DNA of 63,366 bases, counting the filler, from Octopus bimaculoides (Eukaryota), in the NCBI RefSeq assembly GCF_001194135.2. It is 4 parts of 4 records of this genome, joined end to end, with 100 filler letters (N's around TTAATTAATTAA, not from the genome) between each part and the next. Parts side by side here need not be neighbours in the genome. Positions count along the whole stretch, not along the records: positions 18,010 to 35,848 come from NC_068985.1; positions 35,949 to 60,552 come from NC_068990.1; 2 more parts are not named here. One strand, 5' to 3'. Both the position numbers and the translations under genes were made by a program. Positions 34,433 to 48,080 of the stretch are shown piece after piece. Every line of letters begins with the position of its first letter. Position 1 is the first letter of the stretch. The notes beneath the pieces were generated by a model that searched no databases, was not told the origin of the DNA, and saw nothing but the letters and a program-made list of their open reading frames with translations.

Positions 34433-35127
34433 NNNNNNNNNNNNNNNNNNNNNNNNNNNNNNNNNNNNNNNNNNNNNNNNNNNNNNNNNNNNNNNNNNNN
34501 NNNNNNNNNNNNNNNNNNNNNNNNNNNNNNNNNNNNNNNNNNNNNNNNNNNNNNNNNNNNNNNNNNNNNNNNNNNNNNNNNNNNNNNNNNNNNNNNNNNN
34601 NNNNNNNNNNNNNNNNNNNNNNNNNNNNNNNNNNNNNNNNNNNNNNNNNNNNNNNNNNNNNNNNNNNNNNNNNNNNNNNNNNNNNNNNNNNNNNNNNNNN
34701 NNNNNNNNNNNNNNNNNNNNNNNNNNNNNNNNNNNNNNNNNNNNNNNNNNNNNNNNNNNNNNNNNNNNNNNNNNNNNNNNNNNNNNNNNNNNNNNNNNNN
34801 NNNNNNNNNNNNNNNNNNNNNNNNNNNNNNNNNNNNNNNNNNNNNNNNNNNNNNNNNNNNNNNNNNNNNNNNNNNNNNNNNNNNNNNNNNNNNNNNNNNN
34901 NNNNNNNNNNNNNNNNNNNNNNNNNNNNNNNNNNNNNNNNNNNNNNNNNNNNNNNNNNNNNNNNNNNNNNNNNNNNNNNNNNNNNNNNNNNNNNNNNNNN
35001 NNNNNNNNNNNNNNNNNNNNNNNNNNNNNNNNNNNNNNNNNNNNNNNNNNNNNNNNNNNNNNNNNNNNNNNNNNNNNNNNNNNNNNNNNNNNNNNNNNNN
35101 NNNNNNNNNNNNNNNNNNNNNNNNNNA

Positions 35128-35216
35128 TGCATATATACGACGAGTCTTTGATCGGCCATGCAGTGATTCTGAACTCGGAACCATGTAAAGGAAGTAAACT
35201 TCTTACCACACAGCCA
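35128..35216 (-). mobile_element. SINE family A head with internal deletion
   Basis: atatacgacgagtcttt...gaactcggaaccatg...cttaccacacagccac. Confidence 0.7.
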
Positions 35217-35511
35217 CAAAACTTGGAATTTTGAAAAAATGATGTGATTTTTGTCAGTATGTACGTTAATTTCTGATACAGTCATATTCTACGCCTTCTG
35301 AAATGTATTTATAGAAAACTTCATTGAAAATACCAATTTTTCTAAAAGTTATAAGCAAATAAATTCGGCGGGTGAGCAGACAGTCTTTAGGTATGTAATA
35401 GCTGCATAAACCTTCTGATAAGCAACGAATAAGTTACATATCTTTCTGTCTGCTTTACGTGTATCTGCAAACGCACAATGATATAGCTAAGATATGTACA
35501 TTTATTATATA

Positions 35512-35848
35512 CTAGCAGAAATACCCGGCGTTGCCCGGGTTAAAGAGAATAATGAAATCTAAAAACACCGTCTAGACTACGCAACCCTCAACTGTTAGTA
35601 GCTACGATACCATATTTCTACATTAATAACTCTCCAATCCATGCCAGCATGGAACATAGATATTAAGTGGATTGCTAGAAGAAAGTTTTCAACTCATATG
35701 TATATAAAGTAAATACACGTAATTCAGAAACACGTTTTGTGTATTTTATTTCGTAACCAAACAAACAGGTACAGATTATAAATAATGAAAGGCCAATTTT
35801 GTTGATTCATTTGACAGAGGTAGTAGAGAGACAATGCGATGATATATC
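35512..35848 (-). mobile_element. Helitron 3' terminus
   Basis: Minus strand ends CTAG followed by T, with an acccgg/ccgggt hairpin (35523-35540) 7 nt inside the CTAG; inner extent unknown. Confidence 0.7.
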
Positions 35849-35948
35849 NNNNNNNNNNNNNNNNNNNNNNNNNNNNNNNNNNNNNNNNNNNNTTAATTAA
35901 TTAANNNNNNNNNNNNNNNNNNNNNNNNNNNNNNNNNNNNNNNNNNNN
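35849..35948. other. Artificial 100-bp join linker
   Basis: 44 N + ttaattaattaa (35893-35904) + 44 N. Confidence 0.95.
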
Positions 35949-36677
35949 AATAATTACATTTCAAGTTAACACTTTTCAATCGGGCTCTTAATTCCTGCTA
36001 CGAAATTCTCTAAACATTTATAACATCTATAGGTCAACTATAATGTCGAATTTCTTCACAGCTCACGGGTCAACTTAATTATGAACAATTACAACGTGAT
36101 TCATACCAAACATATACACATCATTACCTTTCCTACTTTTGTTGTTGCTATCGGTGGTGGAAAGGATCTGTTGTTGCGAACGTGTTTGCATTGTTGATTT
36201 GGTTTTATTATTGTTCATGAAGTTTATTTGTTGTTGCAAGAATTATTTTTAGTCTTGCTTTTTTATTATTATTTTTGTAATTGTTATTCTTGTTATTGTT
36301 CTCACTGTTATAGTTTTTGTTTTTGTTCCTATAATTGAGGTTTCTTTTGTTGATACAGTTTTTACACATCTGTTGTTGCCGTTCTCAAACTATGCGCAGT
36401 TCTCTTTGTTCATATTATACTCCTAGTGTTGTTGATGTTGTTGATGTTAAAGTTGTTATTGATGTCATTGTTTCTTTTTTTATATTTCATTTTGTACTTT
36501 TTCTTCTTTTCCCACTTCTAAATAAATTTAGATTTAAATGATTTAATGTAATCGTTGTTAAGTTAATTATTAATTTAATTGCTATTTAATTGAAAGGAGA
36601 AACTAATACACAGTTTTGCTTCCAGTCACCGCCGATGTGATATATAAGAGAAGCTAGACCTAATACAGATATTACAT

Positions 36678-37150
36678 ATGTGTGTATGTATGTATGTATG
36701 TATGTTTGTGTGTATGTATGTATTTATGTATGTATGTATGCATGAATGTTTGTGTGTATGCATGTATTTATGTATGTATGTATGTATGTATGTTTGTATG
36801 GATGTATGTGTATGTGTGCATGTACATACATATGCATCTGTGTATGTACGTGTGTACGTTTATATGTATGCTTATATGTACCATCATACATAGCAATAAA
36901 TACTTTTAAGTTGAATATAAATTGTATTTTTACTGTCAAACTTCATCTGATAAAGGCTTACGCATATTAATACAATCGTATGTATGTATGTATGTATGTA
37001 TGTATGTATGTATGTATGTATGTACGCATGTACGTACGTATGTACATACGTATGTATATATGCACGTATGTATGTATGTATGTATGAGTGGGTTGGTGGG
37101 TGGATGGATAGATGGATAGATGAATGGATGGCTGGCTGGATGGGTGGCTG
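36678..37150. repeat. (GTAT)n/(GGAT)n microsatellite block
   Basis: Direct reading. Confidence 0.9.
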
Positions 37151-37169
37151 GATAGATTTACAATCCAAA

Positions 37170-38250
37170 ATATTTCGCGAACTACTGACAGAAGAGAACT
37201 ACAAAATATCTAGTGGACAAACGAGACAGGGAAACTCTTTCACTCTCAAAATGCAACCGTAAATGTAGATTAGATCACTCTCCTATGGAACATAAAACAG
37301 AGTTATCAGCCGCTGCCTTAAAATGTGATTGAAGTGCTACCACCCACAACCACATAATATTGTTGTTTAAACAATATACTATGTCATCCTCAGAAAATAC
37401 TGCCACAGGACCAATAGAAACAAAACTACTCTCTTATTAAATACATACCTACAAGAATACATACATACATACATACATATATACATACATACATACATAC
37501 ATACATACAAACATACATACATACATATACAACTACAAGGGTACTTGGTACAAAAATCACGATGCATAGAAGAGACTGATCATATCAAAAACTTTGGTGG
37601 AGTACTGACAAATTTATGACATCCCCCTTTGAAGGCTACCTCCATGTAATTCAATAACAAGAGATCCCCACCAAGTACCTACAACATAAAACGCAGAAAA
37701 CGTTGACAGACAACAAATGTAGGCCGTGAAGGACCAAGACTGAATGCATCAACCATATTATTGCTAGCTGTGAGAGAATTTCTTCCAGATATTATCTTCC
37801 CATGAGAACGGTCTGGAATGGGATAACGAAAACGAAAACACCTACAGACTATATTGGGACCGAGGGGTCAAAAGAATATTGGCGGAACTTAACAATCAAA
37901 ACATCCACCAAGTTAAAACACAACCGGTCAGATATTGATGTGTGAGACCACAAGGAAAAAATATGTTCTGTTGTGGAAATTAGCAGCCCTCTGGACACCG
38001 ATGTGGTTTGAAAAATAAGAGACAGAGGACTACTATGGATCATTAATAAGGAGTCTGCAAATCCAGTATCCAAAATACACTTTCAGCTTCATACCCGTTA
38101 TTATTGGATCAACAGGATACATACCAAACCGTCTTGAGCAAAATGTAGCTGAACTTGGGTTCTTAGGGAAAGAACGCAAATTCTTAATCCATACGCTACA
38201 GAAGATTAAGGTAGGTGGGACTATAAAAGCTGCAAGACCTTAAATTTAAA
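37170..38250 (+). mobile_element. Old RLE-type non-LTR 3' fragment (R4/NeSL-like), third subfamily
   Basis: WRNLTIKTSTKLKHNRSDI...VVEISSPLD...YGSLIRSL...FIPVIIGSTG; interrupted by (ATAC)n. Confidence 0.7.
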
Positions 38251-39343
38251 CGATGATGAACCAAACAAGATGATTTAATTCACACCCAGACTCTGTATAT
38301 AGGAAGGGGATTTGGTGGGAAAATATCTGATTCATAATCAAGCATTGAATGCTGAAGTAATATTCCTGGTTCCAAAAGCATAATATAGAATCCAGTTAAA
38401 CTGCAATGTTAGGTGCTATTTGAGTAAGAACACAACTTGTTGGTTCAGAAGAGAACTTGTAGCATATAATGCAGCGTATTTAGTGTCAGCCTGTGAATTT
38501 TCATATATTGGTTTAACGCAACATCTTACAGCAAAAGCAGGCAAAGATAAACATGTTGTGACAATAAGGGGAGATAAAAAAATACGCTTTAAATCTGAAC
38601 CATCAGAACAACATCTAAATAATTAGCTTGGCCTATACTCAAACCAAATTGCCATTCACGAGGGGAGTGAAACATTGAAGGTGAATGGAACAGCTCAATG
38701 ACTCGGGAAGAAGAGAAGAGAAAAGGGAAGGGGAAAAGAGAAAGGAAGAAGCAAAACAAAGGAGAAAGAAGGAGAACGAAAGATGTAAGGAATTGAGAAG
38801 GATTTAGGGCGAGGTACAGAGAAGAATAACGGGATATAGGGACGGGAGAGGATATAAGGAAAATTCTGGGACATGTTAGGATATGAATGTCAAGAATGAT
38901 GGAAAGCTACTATTCCACGAGTGGAGGAAACCGGTTGGAATCTGGTTTGTATCGGGAAGAACAAGTTTAAAAACTTGCTACTTGAATTTCTTAAGTGTGC
39001 AAATAAAAACAAAACCAGACCTTTTCATCTCCCACCGCCTTTCAATATCGCCTGCCAGAGTCAGCATCTTTGTTCAGTGATATACAAGTTACCTTTACTG
39101 CTGCACACATAATATATAATACTTTTGCGGCTGGAACCCAATTGATCTGATGGTTTTCTGTATTTGCGTCCCTCATCGGCCAAATATATTGCGACAATGA
39201 GGCTGAATTTCGCTTATCCCTGTGTCTAAATGAATAGCTTTGATGCCTGAATCGTGCCTTAAATCAGTTAGATCAGTAAGTGTGTTAAATCAGTAAGATT
39301 GATTGATAGATTTACCTCTATAATATAGATCCGTTCAAGATAA

Positions 39344-39686
39344 AGTGGCTGTGTGGTAGAAAGCTTGCTGCCGGTCCCGGGTTCAGTCCCACTGCGTGGA
39401 ACCTTGGACAAGTGTCTTCTACTATAGCCTCGGGCTGACCAAAGCCTTGTGAGGGGATTTGGTAGACGGAAACTGAAAGAAGCCTGTCGTATATGTATAT
39501 TTATATGTGAGTATGTGTGTGTCCGTGTTCGTCCCCCCGCTATCGCTTGCTGATGTGTTTAAGATACTGATAGAATAAGTACTAGGCCTACAAAGAATAA
39601 GTACCGGGAGCGATTTGTTCAATTAAAACCCTTTAAGGCGGTGCTCCAGCATGACCGCAGTCAAATGACTGAAACAAATAAAAGAG
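39344..39686 (+). mobile_element. SINE family A, near full length
   Basis: gtggctgtgtggtag...ggttcagtcccactgcg...gactgaaacaaataaaagag. Confidence 0.9.
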
Positions 39687-39983
39687 AATGAAAAAAAAAA
39701 GAAAAAGAAAAAGAATATGTGTCCATAATGTTCTGGCGGACCAAAAAACTTCTAAAGAGCTGAACCGAATAAGATTTTAACTAGAAAGTATCACAAAGCA
39801 GAACAATATGTTTTGATAACGGTTGATATATCTCAATCTAAAAACAAGGACTTCCCAGCTGAAGAAAGATACTCTAAAACACCGAACCATGAACTTATAT
39901 CCTCGATTAAGGTAAAATACATATATTTGCTTCATTCATTCCATTCTCTTGAACTTCATATTTACACTTTTGCCATAACTATA

Positions 39984-40322
39984 TTTTTACCTCCGCCTTG
40001 GCTAAGGCGGAGGTATTGTTTTCAGTCGTGTCTGTTTGTTTGTTTGTCTGTGGATGGATTCGGATGAAACTTTCAGGGATGTTTGGCTTCGTGACTGGCA
40101 CGAACTGATTAGATTTTAGGATTAATCCGGTATCAGACAAGGATTCTGTATTATTTTTTTTCTTTTTTACATAATTTTTGAGAGCGGTTGGGTTCATTTT
40201 TAATATTCTCGTTTGTGAGAGCAGTCGAGTTTATTTCAGATATTCTCATTTTAAAAAACCATCTCTGGCTAATCGTTGGCGTTGCCTTGGCGGAGGCTTG
40301 CGCTCTCTGGGTGTTCTTGCTT
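39984..40322 (+). mobile_element. Non-autonomous element with HINE/DINE-1-like architecture
   Basis: 5' palindrome acctccgcc-N8-ggcggaggt, (gttt/gtct) run, 3' subterminal repeat ccttggcggagg, weak terminal hairpin, T-rich ends. Confidence 0.65.
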
Positions 40323-40664
40323 ATATATTCTTTTGAGCTCTTTCAGTGAATAATACCTTAACTTTTAAATGAACAGATATGTCTATTGTGTGCGTACCTG
40401 CGTTTGTGTGTGTGTGTGTGGGGGGGGGGTGCGTGCGTGCGCGTGTGTTATATGTGTGTGTGTGAGCGCGCGCCCCTGTTTGTGCGTGAAAGTATACGTC
40501 CATACCCTCGTTAAATGATTATAATTCAGTATTAAATAATTAATTCAAATATAATTATAAATGTTTTCCTTGTCAGAATGAATATTTCTATTATATGCTA
40601 CGCAACATTTTGTAAATTCCACCTTTATATTTTCAGCGCATGCGTCTATGTGTATGAAAAAACA

Positions 40665-40809
40665 AGATGGTATATTAGTTTGACGTTCGGATGAGAAAGT
40701 TTTTTACTTTTCGCGCCTACGCTCTTCAGCAGAAAGGAATAAGAGAAAATAAACAGAGACAGAATATAAAAAAAAACTTGTAGATTTAGCGATCAAACAT
40801 GACGATGCT

Positions 40810-40810
<1 letters not shown>
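40665..40810 (-). repeat. Second copy of the Penelope-like short repeat
   Basis: Homologous to 19250-19445; minus strand has ctgaagagcgtaggcgcgaaaagt. Confidence 0.5.
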
Positions 40811-40851
<41 letters not shown>

Positions 40852-42224
40852 GCATGTATATGCATATATTTGTATATATGTATGCATATGTGTGTATGTG
40901 TGTGCATATTTATGTGTATATTGCATGTAAGCATATTTGTTTGTAAGTGTGAATATAAGTATATACATATTTTATGCGCAGTTAAAATAATTAGCTGAAA
41001 ATGAGGAGGAAGAAAGATTTAACACAGCTGAACTGCTCAAGCATCGAAGTATCAAAAATTGCATCAAATAAATTTTTCCTGAAGTTCTTCTCAAGTTTTA
41101 ACTTGAAACGTATTATAAAATCTATGGCGCAGTTATATTTTGTGTGCTTAATTATTCGATTCTATCGGCTGCTTGTACTTATTTATGAGTATATGTTTTA
41201 ATGTACCTCGTGTATTATCGGTCACATTCGGAAAATAGGTTTTCTTTCATTTTCGCACAAACATAAAGTGAAACACATTTATATACAGCTCCGTAGTCTT
41301 CTAGATGAAATAGCGAATTATACATGAGTATATATACATAGACTAGAACTTAAAAAGGTGAAAGTAAGAGATGAGATAGTGTATAAGGGGGGAAGGATTC
41401 CATGCAAGGCGGTTCTCTGGTGCGTGTTTTTAATAAGTTTTAAATTGTACGCTGCAAACAGTGAAAGGGAAGAGAGAAGGAACATCGGAAAGAGGAAAGC
41501 ACGGAGAAATATAAGAAATAAAGTAGAGGAGAAGAAAGGAGAGAAAGAAAGAAGGGGAAGAAGAAGAAAAAAAAGGAAGGAAAAGGAGGAGGAGGAAATG
41601 CGGGGGGGGAGGAAGACAATGACGAAGACAGCGACGACGACGACGACGACGATGACGACGACGACGATGACGATGACGATGAAAATGGTGGTGGTGGTGG
41701 TGGTGGTAATGATGGTGAAGAAGTGGAGGAGGAGGAGGAGTAATTGAAGCAGATGATAAAGATGACGCTGCCGATCGATAGAAAAAAAAAATGAAATGGA
41801 AGAAAAACTTCGACGCTTTTGTTTCTGCTTTGCCACACCCATAATGGTGGATTTGTTTCGCCCACGTAATAATAAATAGCATTTCCCCCTCTTTCAGGTG
41901 GAGTAAAGGGAGTAACTTTGTCACTTGTCACATTAAACAGACTGTAGTATATCCATCATTTCAAAGAAACATTTCTCGTTAGTTACAACTCTCGGGGACG
42001 AAAAACACCTATATTTCACTTAAGTTTCTGTACCGCTACGCGACCACGCTCTCTGTAAAGCGAACGAAAGATAAGTTAACAATAGAAATGGAGTTAGTTT
42101 ATCGGTGATAAGTTTCGGTCCCATTTAAATTTCGATAAATTACACTTATCCAGAGGATTATGGCAGTGAAAAGCAAGGCATTTACTGAACTTAAACTGTG
42201 TGTGTGTGTTTAATATATATGTGT

Positions 42225-42455
42225 GTGTAGAAGGCTTAGTAGTTAAGATGTTGTACTCATGATCGCAAGGTTATGGTTTCGATTCCTGGAGCGATGCGTT
42301 GTTTTCTTGAGCGAAACACTTCATTTCACGTTGCGCCAGTCCACTGAGCTAGCAAAAGTGAGTAATCCTGCGAAGGGCCGGCGTTCCGTCCAGTGGGGTG
42401 GATATATCCGCCATAGAATCCCGGGAAACCTATGACTCGTGAAGGGCCTTTGATC
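42225..42455 (+). mobile_element. SINE family F (tRNA-like head)
   Basis: ggcttagtagttaag...gtttcgattcctgg...ttgagcgaaacacttcatttcacgttgcgccagtccactgag. Confidence 0.65.
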
Positions 42456-42533
42456 CTTTTTTTTGTTGTGTTTATATAACGGGCCCTCCTCACCACATAT
42501 ATCTCCATTTATCTATCTACAACCGTTTATCTG

Positions 42534-42573
<40 letters not shown>

Positions 42574-43009
42574 CTTCTCTGTCTGTCCGAATGTATGTAT
42601 GTATGTATGTATGTATGTATGCATCTATGTATGTATGCATGCATGTATGTATGTATGCATGTATGTATGTATGTATGTATGTATTATGCATGTATGTATG
42701 TATCTATGCATGTATGTATGTATGTTTGTATGTATGTTTGTATGTATACAAAATACAAACGATATTGTATTTTGCCGGGTAAAAAAGAAAAAAAACTATT
42801 TGCATTAGAAACTTTCTTATATTCATTTTGTTCATTTCTGCTCGATAGCAATGGCTGTTATACAATATTTTTCTTTCCACAGTATATTACTGGTACCCAA
42901 TTTATCGATTCAGAAAAATATGCCTTCATCGATAGTTAGATTCAAAATCAGAGCTTGTGAACTTCTCCAATTAATCTTATATTCGTCGACTGAAGAAAGG
43001 TGAATAGAT

Positions 43010-43095
43010 AAACCACTTTACTGAATAGTCTAAAAAATACTACTAGGATTCGTTTACTCATTTTATCGACCCTGAATATGATGTGAACTCTTGCT
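43010..43095 (-). mobile_element. SINE family C fragment
   Basis: ctaggattcgtttactcattttatcgaccctgaatatgatg. Confidence 0.5.
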
Positions 43096-43107
43096 AGCAA
43101 AATATAC

Positions 43108-43519
43108 TCTTTTACTCTTTTACTTGTTTTAGTCATTTGACTGTGGCCATGCTGCAGTATCACCTTTAGTCGAGCAAATCGACCCCGGGACTTATTCTTT
43201 GTAAGCCTAGTACTTATTCTATCGGTCTCTTTTGCCGAACCGCTAAGTTACGGGGACGTAAACACACCAGCATCGGTTGTCAAGCGATGTTGGTGGGGAC
43301 AAACACACACACACGAACATATACACACACATACATATGTATATATACATATATACGACGGGCTTCTTTCAGTTTCCGTCTACTAAATCCACTCATAAGG
43401 CTTTGGTAGGCCCGAGGCTATAATAGAAGACACTTGCCCAAGGTGCCACGCAGTGGGACTGAAACCAGAACCATGTGGCTGGTAAGCAAGCTACTTACCA
43501 CACAGCCACTCCTGCGCCT
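43108..43519 (-). mobile_element. SINE family A, full length
   Basis: ctcttttactcttttacttg...cacagccactcctgcgcct. Confidence 0.92.
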
Positions 43520-44025
43520 ATGTAATATTTAAAAAATAAATTAGCAAAAACAGAGGTGTAAATATTTATTCCCATTTAAACGCGGATGTATAAAAACAAA
43601 CTTTACTGATGTAGATACCATAAGGGAAAAATCTCATATTGTTTTTGTTTTTTTTTTGCATTTGTTTGGCTCTTTGGCATTCTTTTTCGGTTTTGGGGTT
43701 TTCTGTAGTGTGATGTCGTGACGATCATTGCTTTCTCAAAAGCATTGTCAGTGTAAATGACGTGCATTGAAGCATGAATCGAAACCAAATCGACCGACTC
43801 CGCTATCTCAGCTTTGGTTGCCGTCTTCGCATGCGCGCACGCAACACTCACACACGCATACACATACAACGGTAGACACACGCATTACACAAGTATGCAT
43901 AGCACTCACTCATGCACACATAAGCATATACACAAGCACAAACATACAATGAAGTCAGCACACTGCACACAGACGTATACACATTGTCACGTACAGAGAC
44001 GCAGACGTACACCGAGGCAAACACA

Positions 44026-44061
<36 letters not shown>

Positions 44062-44399
44062 TCTATCTCTCTCATACAAACTCACACACGCATGCCCATA
44101 CACGTACTCACTCGCTTCTTTCCCAGTTACTGTTCAATATCCACAAAGGCCTGTATTAATCTATTCGGTCCTTTCTGACATTGAAAAAGTTTATTGCTTT
44201 CACTTTTGATAGAGAAGAAGTCGTGCGCGCGCACAAACACGAGCACACACACAAGTACGCACTCACGTGCATAGAAACTTATGAAGATTCATTTCGTATT
44301 GTCGCATTGATATTTAATATCCTCATAAGCTCATCTTTATCTTCTTCCTATTCTCTTTCGATTATCAACTTATATTCCAGGGAAACTCTCTCTCTCTTT

Positions 44400-44930
<531 letters not shown>

Positions 44931-45550
44931 TCGCTAGCAAGCTAGCTACCTGGAAAGCTCTTCTAATCGTGTTCGGATTGTTAACTTTTATCTTCTGACT
45001 GACTATGTGTGAGGAAGCTAGTCCCGTATTTTATATATATTTTTTCTAACCAATAATCTGCTGCTATGAATCTCTCACCTTTATACATACAAACGAATAT
45101 AAAAGCACAGCATTGCATTAACCATAAATGAAAAAAAAAAAAAAATCGCATCCAGGGTATAGGACGGCCCATCTAACGTGAATCACTCTTAATCTGTTAT
45201 CTCTTTTTTCTAATATTCGACGTAGTATTAGACTATTAAAACTCAGGTTCTCTTGTAGTGTTTCTAAACGCTCTGTCACTTACTGCACCCAAACATGAAC
45301 GCGAAAATATATCTTTTCCCCTACACGGAGAGAATGCATACGTCCGAAAGAAAGAGTAACTCTATGTCTAAATATATGTGCACGAATTCAAATGTATGTA
45401 TGTATGTATGTATAATAATAATAATGTTTCTCTGCCCTAGGTGTACGGAAAACACTCGGCGAGAAATGGAATAAAATTTGAAGAAAGAAGAAAAAAAAAC
45501 AACATAATAATAATAATGATAATAAATATAAATCGATAAATACATACAAG

Positions 45551-46441
45551 CAGGGCGCAATGGGTTAAGTGTCACCATTACATATTTTTAATTTCGCGCA
45601 TGCGCATTGTTTGTGTTTGATTTTCTCGACTACACAGTATTGTAGAGTCAGTTGGGCACCGTCTGTGAGAAAAAACAGCACCATATTGCAATTCACTTTG
45701 TAAGAAATTTGAAAAAGTTATGCTGCACTGCCTAGTATTCGCACCGGAAGCTCCGATACTATTTCAGAATGTATGGGTGTCAATCCGAGGACGGTGTAAC
45801 CTGAGTACATGTATTAAGAGTGAAAAAAAATCAAACAGTCAGTCAACATCATGTTGTTTGAAGTGCTCCACAAGTAATGGTGACGTTATGCCTCCATTCA
45901 TCTTCCTACACGGCCTCAGACTCAACGCAGTGGCCTACATCAAGTGTCTGGAGGAAGTAGTGCTGCCCTGAGTCAAGAGGGTGGCTGCTGGATGACACCA
46001 TGTCTGGCAATAGGACTCTGCACCATACAGGAGAATCCAAAAGGTGAATCTAGTCATGGCTGTCGGACAATTTCTGCGGTCACATCACCCCTAACATCTG
46101 GCCATCTAATTGCCCAGACTGCAACCCCCTTGAATATTATGTGTGGGGCGCAGATGAACAAGAGACCAATAAAACTCACAGTAACATCAAAGATGAACTG
46201 AAGGCAGGGCTTATGGCAGCATTCACCAGCTTAAACAAGGAGACCATCCAGAAGAGTTGCAGGAGATTCCGAAGTCATCTGGAGGACGTGGAAGCCAATG
46301 GCGATTATATTAGATAAATTCACTCTTTAGTATTTCAAGATAACTTTATGTAATAATGGCTAATATATCTGTTTAAATGAGATGTCAGTGCTTATTTTCA
46401 TTTTTGCCTAATTTAGACGGCAGTTTATTCACCGCACACTG
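45551..46441 (+). mobile_element. Tc1/mariner superfamily element, maT (DD37D)-like, internally deleted
   Basis: GDVMPPFIFLHGLRLNAVAYIKCLEEVVLP, W(Q)*DSAP, IWPSNCPDCNPLEYYVWG; degenerate TIRs; TA after the right end. Confidence 0.75.
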
Positions 46442-46777
46442 TATGTATACACACACGGACACACATACACACACACATACTCATACACACACACAAATAT
46501 ATGTGTGTGTGTGTATAAAGAGAGAGAAAGAGTGAAATAGATATATATGTATGTATGTACGTATGTATATACATAAATTTTTAAATATGTATACACATAC
46601 ACATACCTATATAACTTCTATTAGCAATGAAACATATGTAATGTGAAATAGATAATACAAAACCAAATTTCGATTTTTCTCTTTTAATACGTAATTACTC
46701 ATAAAAAAATTATAGAATGTTGGGCTTGTGAATGTATGAGTATGAGAAACGTGTATGTTCTTGTGTGCGTGCAGCTA

Positions 46778-46843
<66 letters not shown>

Positions 46844-47473
46844 TCTATATACATATATATATGCGCATATATATTTAGCAAATGGCAATATAGTAAAATG
46901 TAAAATTATTTTTAATTATAATATATTTACAGGTGTTTCAGTGTCTATTACATAATGATTACGTAACGGAGTTCTACATAGGTTTTCAGCACACGTCATC
47001 GCCTTAGACGCAACGTTATAAGAAATGATGAACTATGTATAATGATAGGTATATATGGAATACGTCCATTATGTATCCTGGACGACTATTTTCCAAATAA
47101 GAACTAAGTACACAATAATATGATTGAGTGTTATTAATTAGCAAGAATCCCTACGATGAATCCATCCGTTTTACGGGTTCAGTCGATAGATTAATACAGT
47201 AGATAAGAAACATAACACGTATACATACACACATGCGCAAGCACATATATACACTTATACATGTGTAAATGTATGTGTGCATGTGTAATTGTGTATGCAT
47301 ATATATGTGTGGTTGTAAGTACATGAGAATATAGATGTGTTATTAAGTACATATATGAATGTGTACATCTGTTCAGATGTATGACTGTGAATGCTTGTGT
47401 GCACGTGAGTGCGCGTATATGTTTATACATGCATACACACACGTATATGTATGTGTGTGTATATATATATATA

Positions 47474-47532
<59 letters not shown>

Positions 47533-47672
47533 GTTTTATAGATATAAGGTGTGCATGTATATATATGGAAGATGCATGTATATCTATAGCAATATCGATT
47601 TAGGTAAACGCATTTAATTGTTTGAAGAGGTGTGAAAACGTATGTGTGTGGGGGTGTGCCTGTTTGTGTGCG

Positions 47673-47720
<48 letters not shown>

Positions 47721-47910
47721 TTTACCATTCTGGTCAAAATATTTTAAGGAAGACTAGTTTATGATTCAAGTTTCTGCTCTGTATAACAGCAGCGATACAT
47801 ATCCATGGGAAAGCTTGTAAATTTGGGAGTAATACGGCTTGGTATCTGTGTCGTTATTCCTGTGAGAAAACAGATAACTGGAACAGACAGCACAATGTAT
47901 CCTGACTTAC

Positions 47911-48080
47911 ATTGTAACTGTCCCATCAGTTCACCGCTCGGCATTTCTATGTTTTTATCCACCTCAAAACGATAAAAGGCAAACACATCCTCACTGAGTT
48001 TTGAATTCAATGCGAAAAGCGTCAGAACGAAATATGTGAGGAATGCTATCCAACGTTCAAACTGCTTTAGCTGCCACCTT
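47911..48080 (-). CDS. Candidate exon with hydrophobic segment (RWQLKQFERWIAFLTYFVLTLFALNSKLSEDVFAFYRFEVDKNIEMPSGELMGQLQ)
   Basis: CAAT/gtaagt donor at 47910; two possible acceptors (exon starts 48080 or 47993), both phase 2; non-repetitive open frame. Confidence 0.3.

Noticed and set aside
42060-42150. GATA motif cluster
   Set aside because: WGATAR is common in AT-rich DNA; no independent support.
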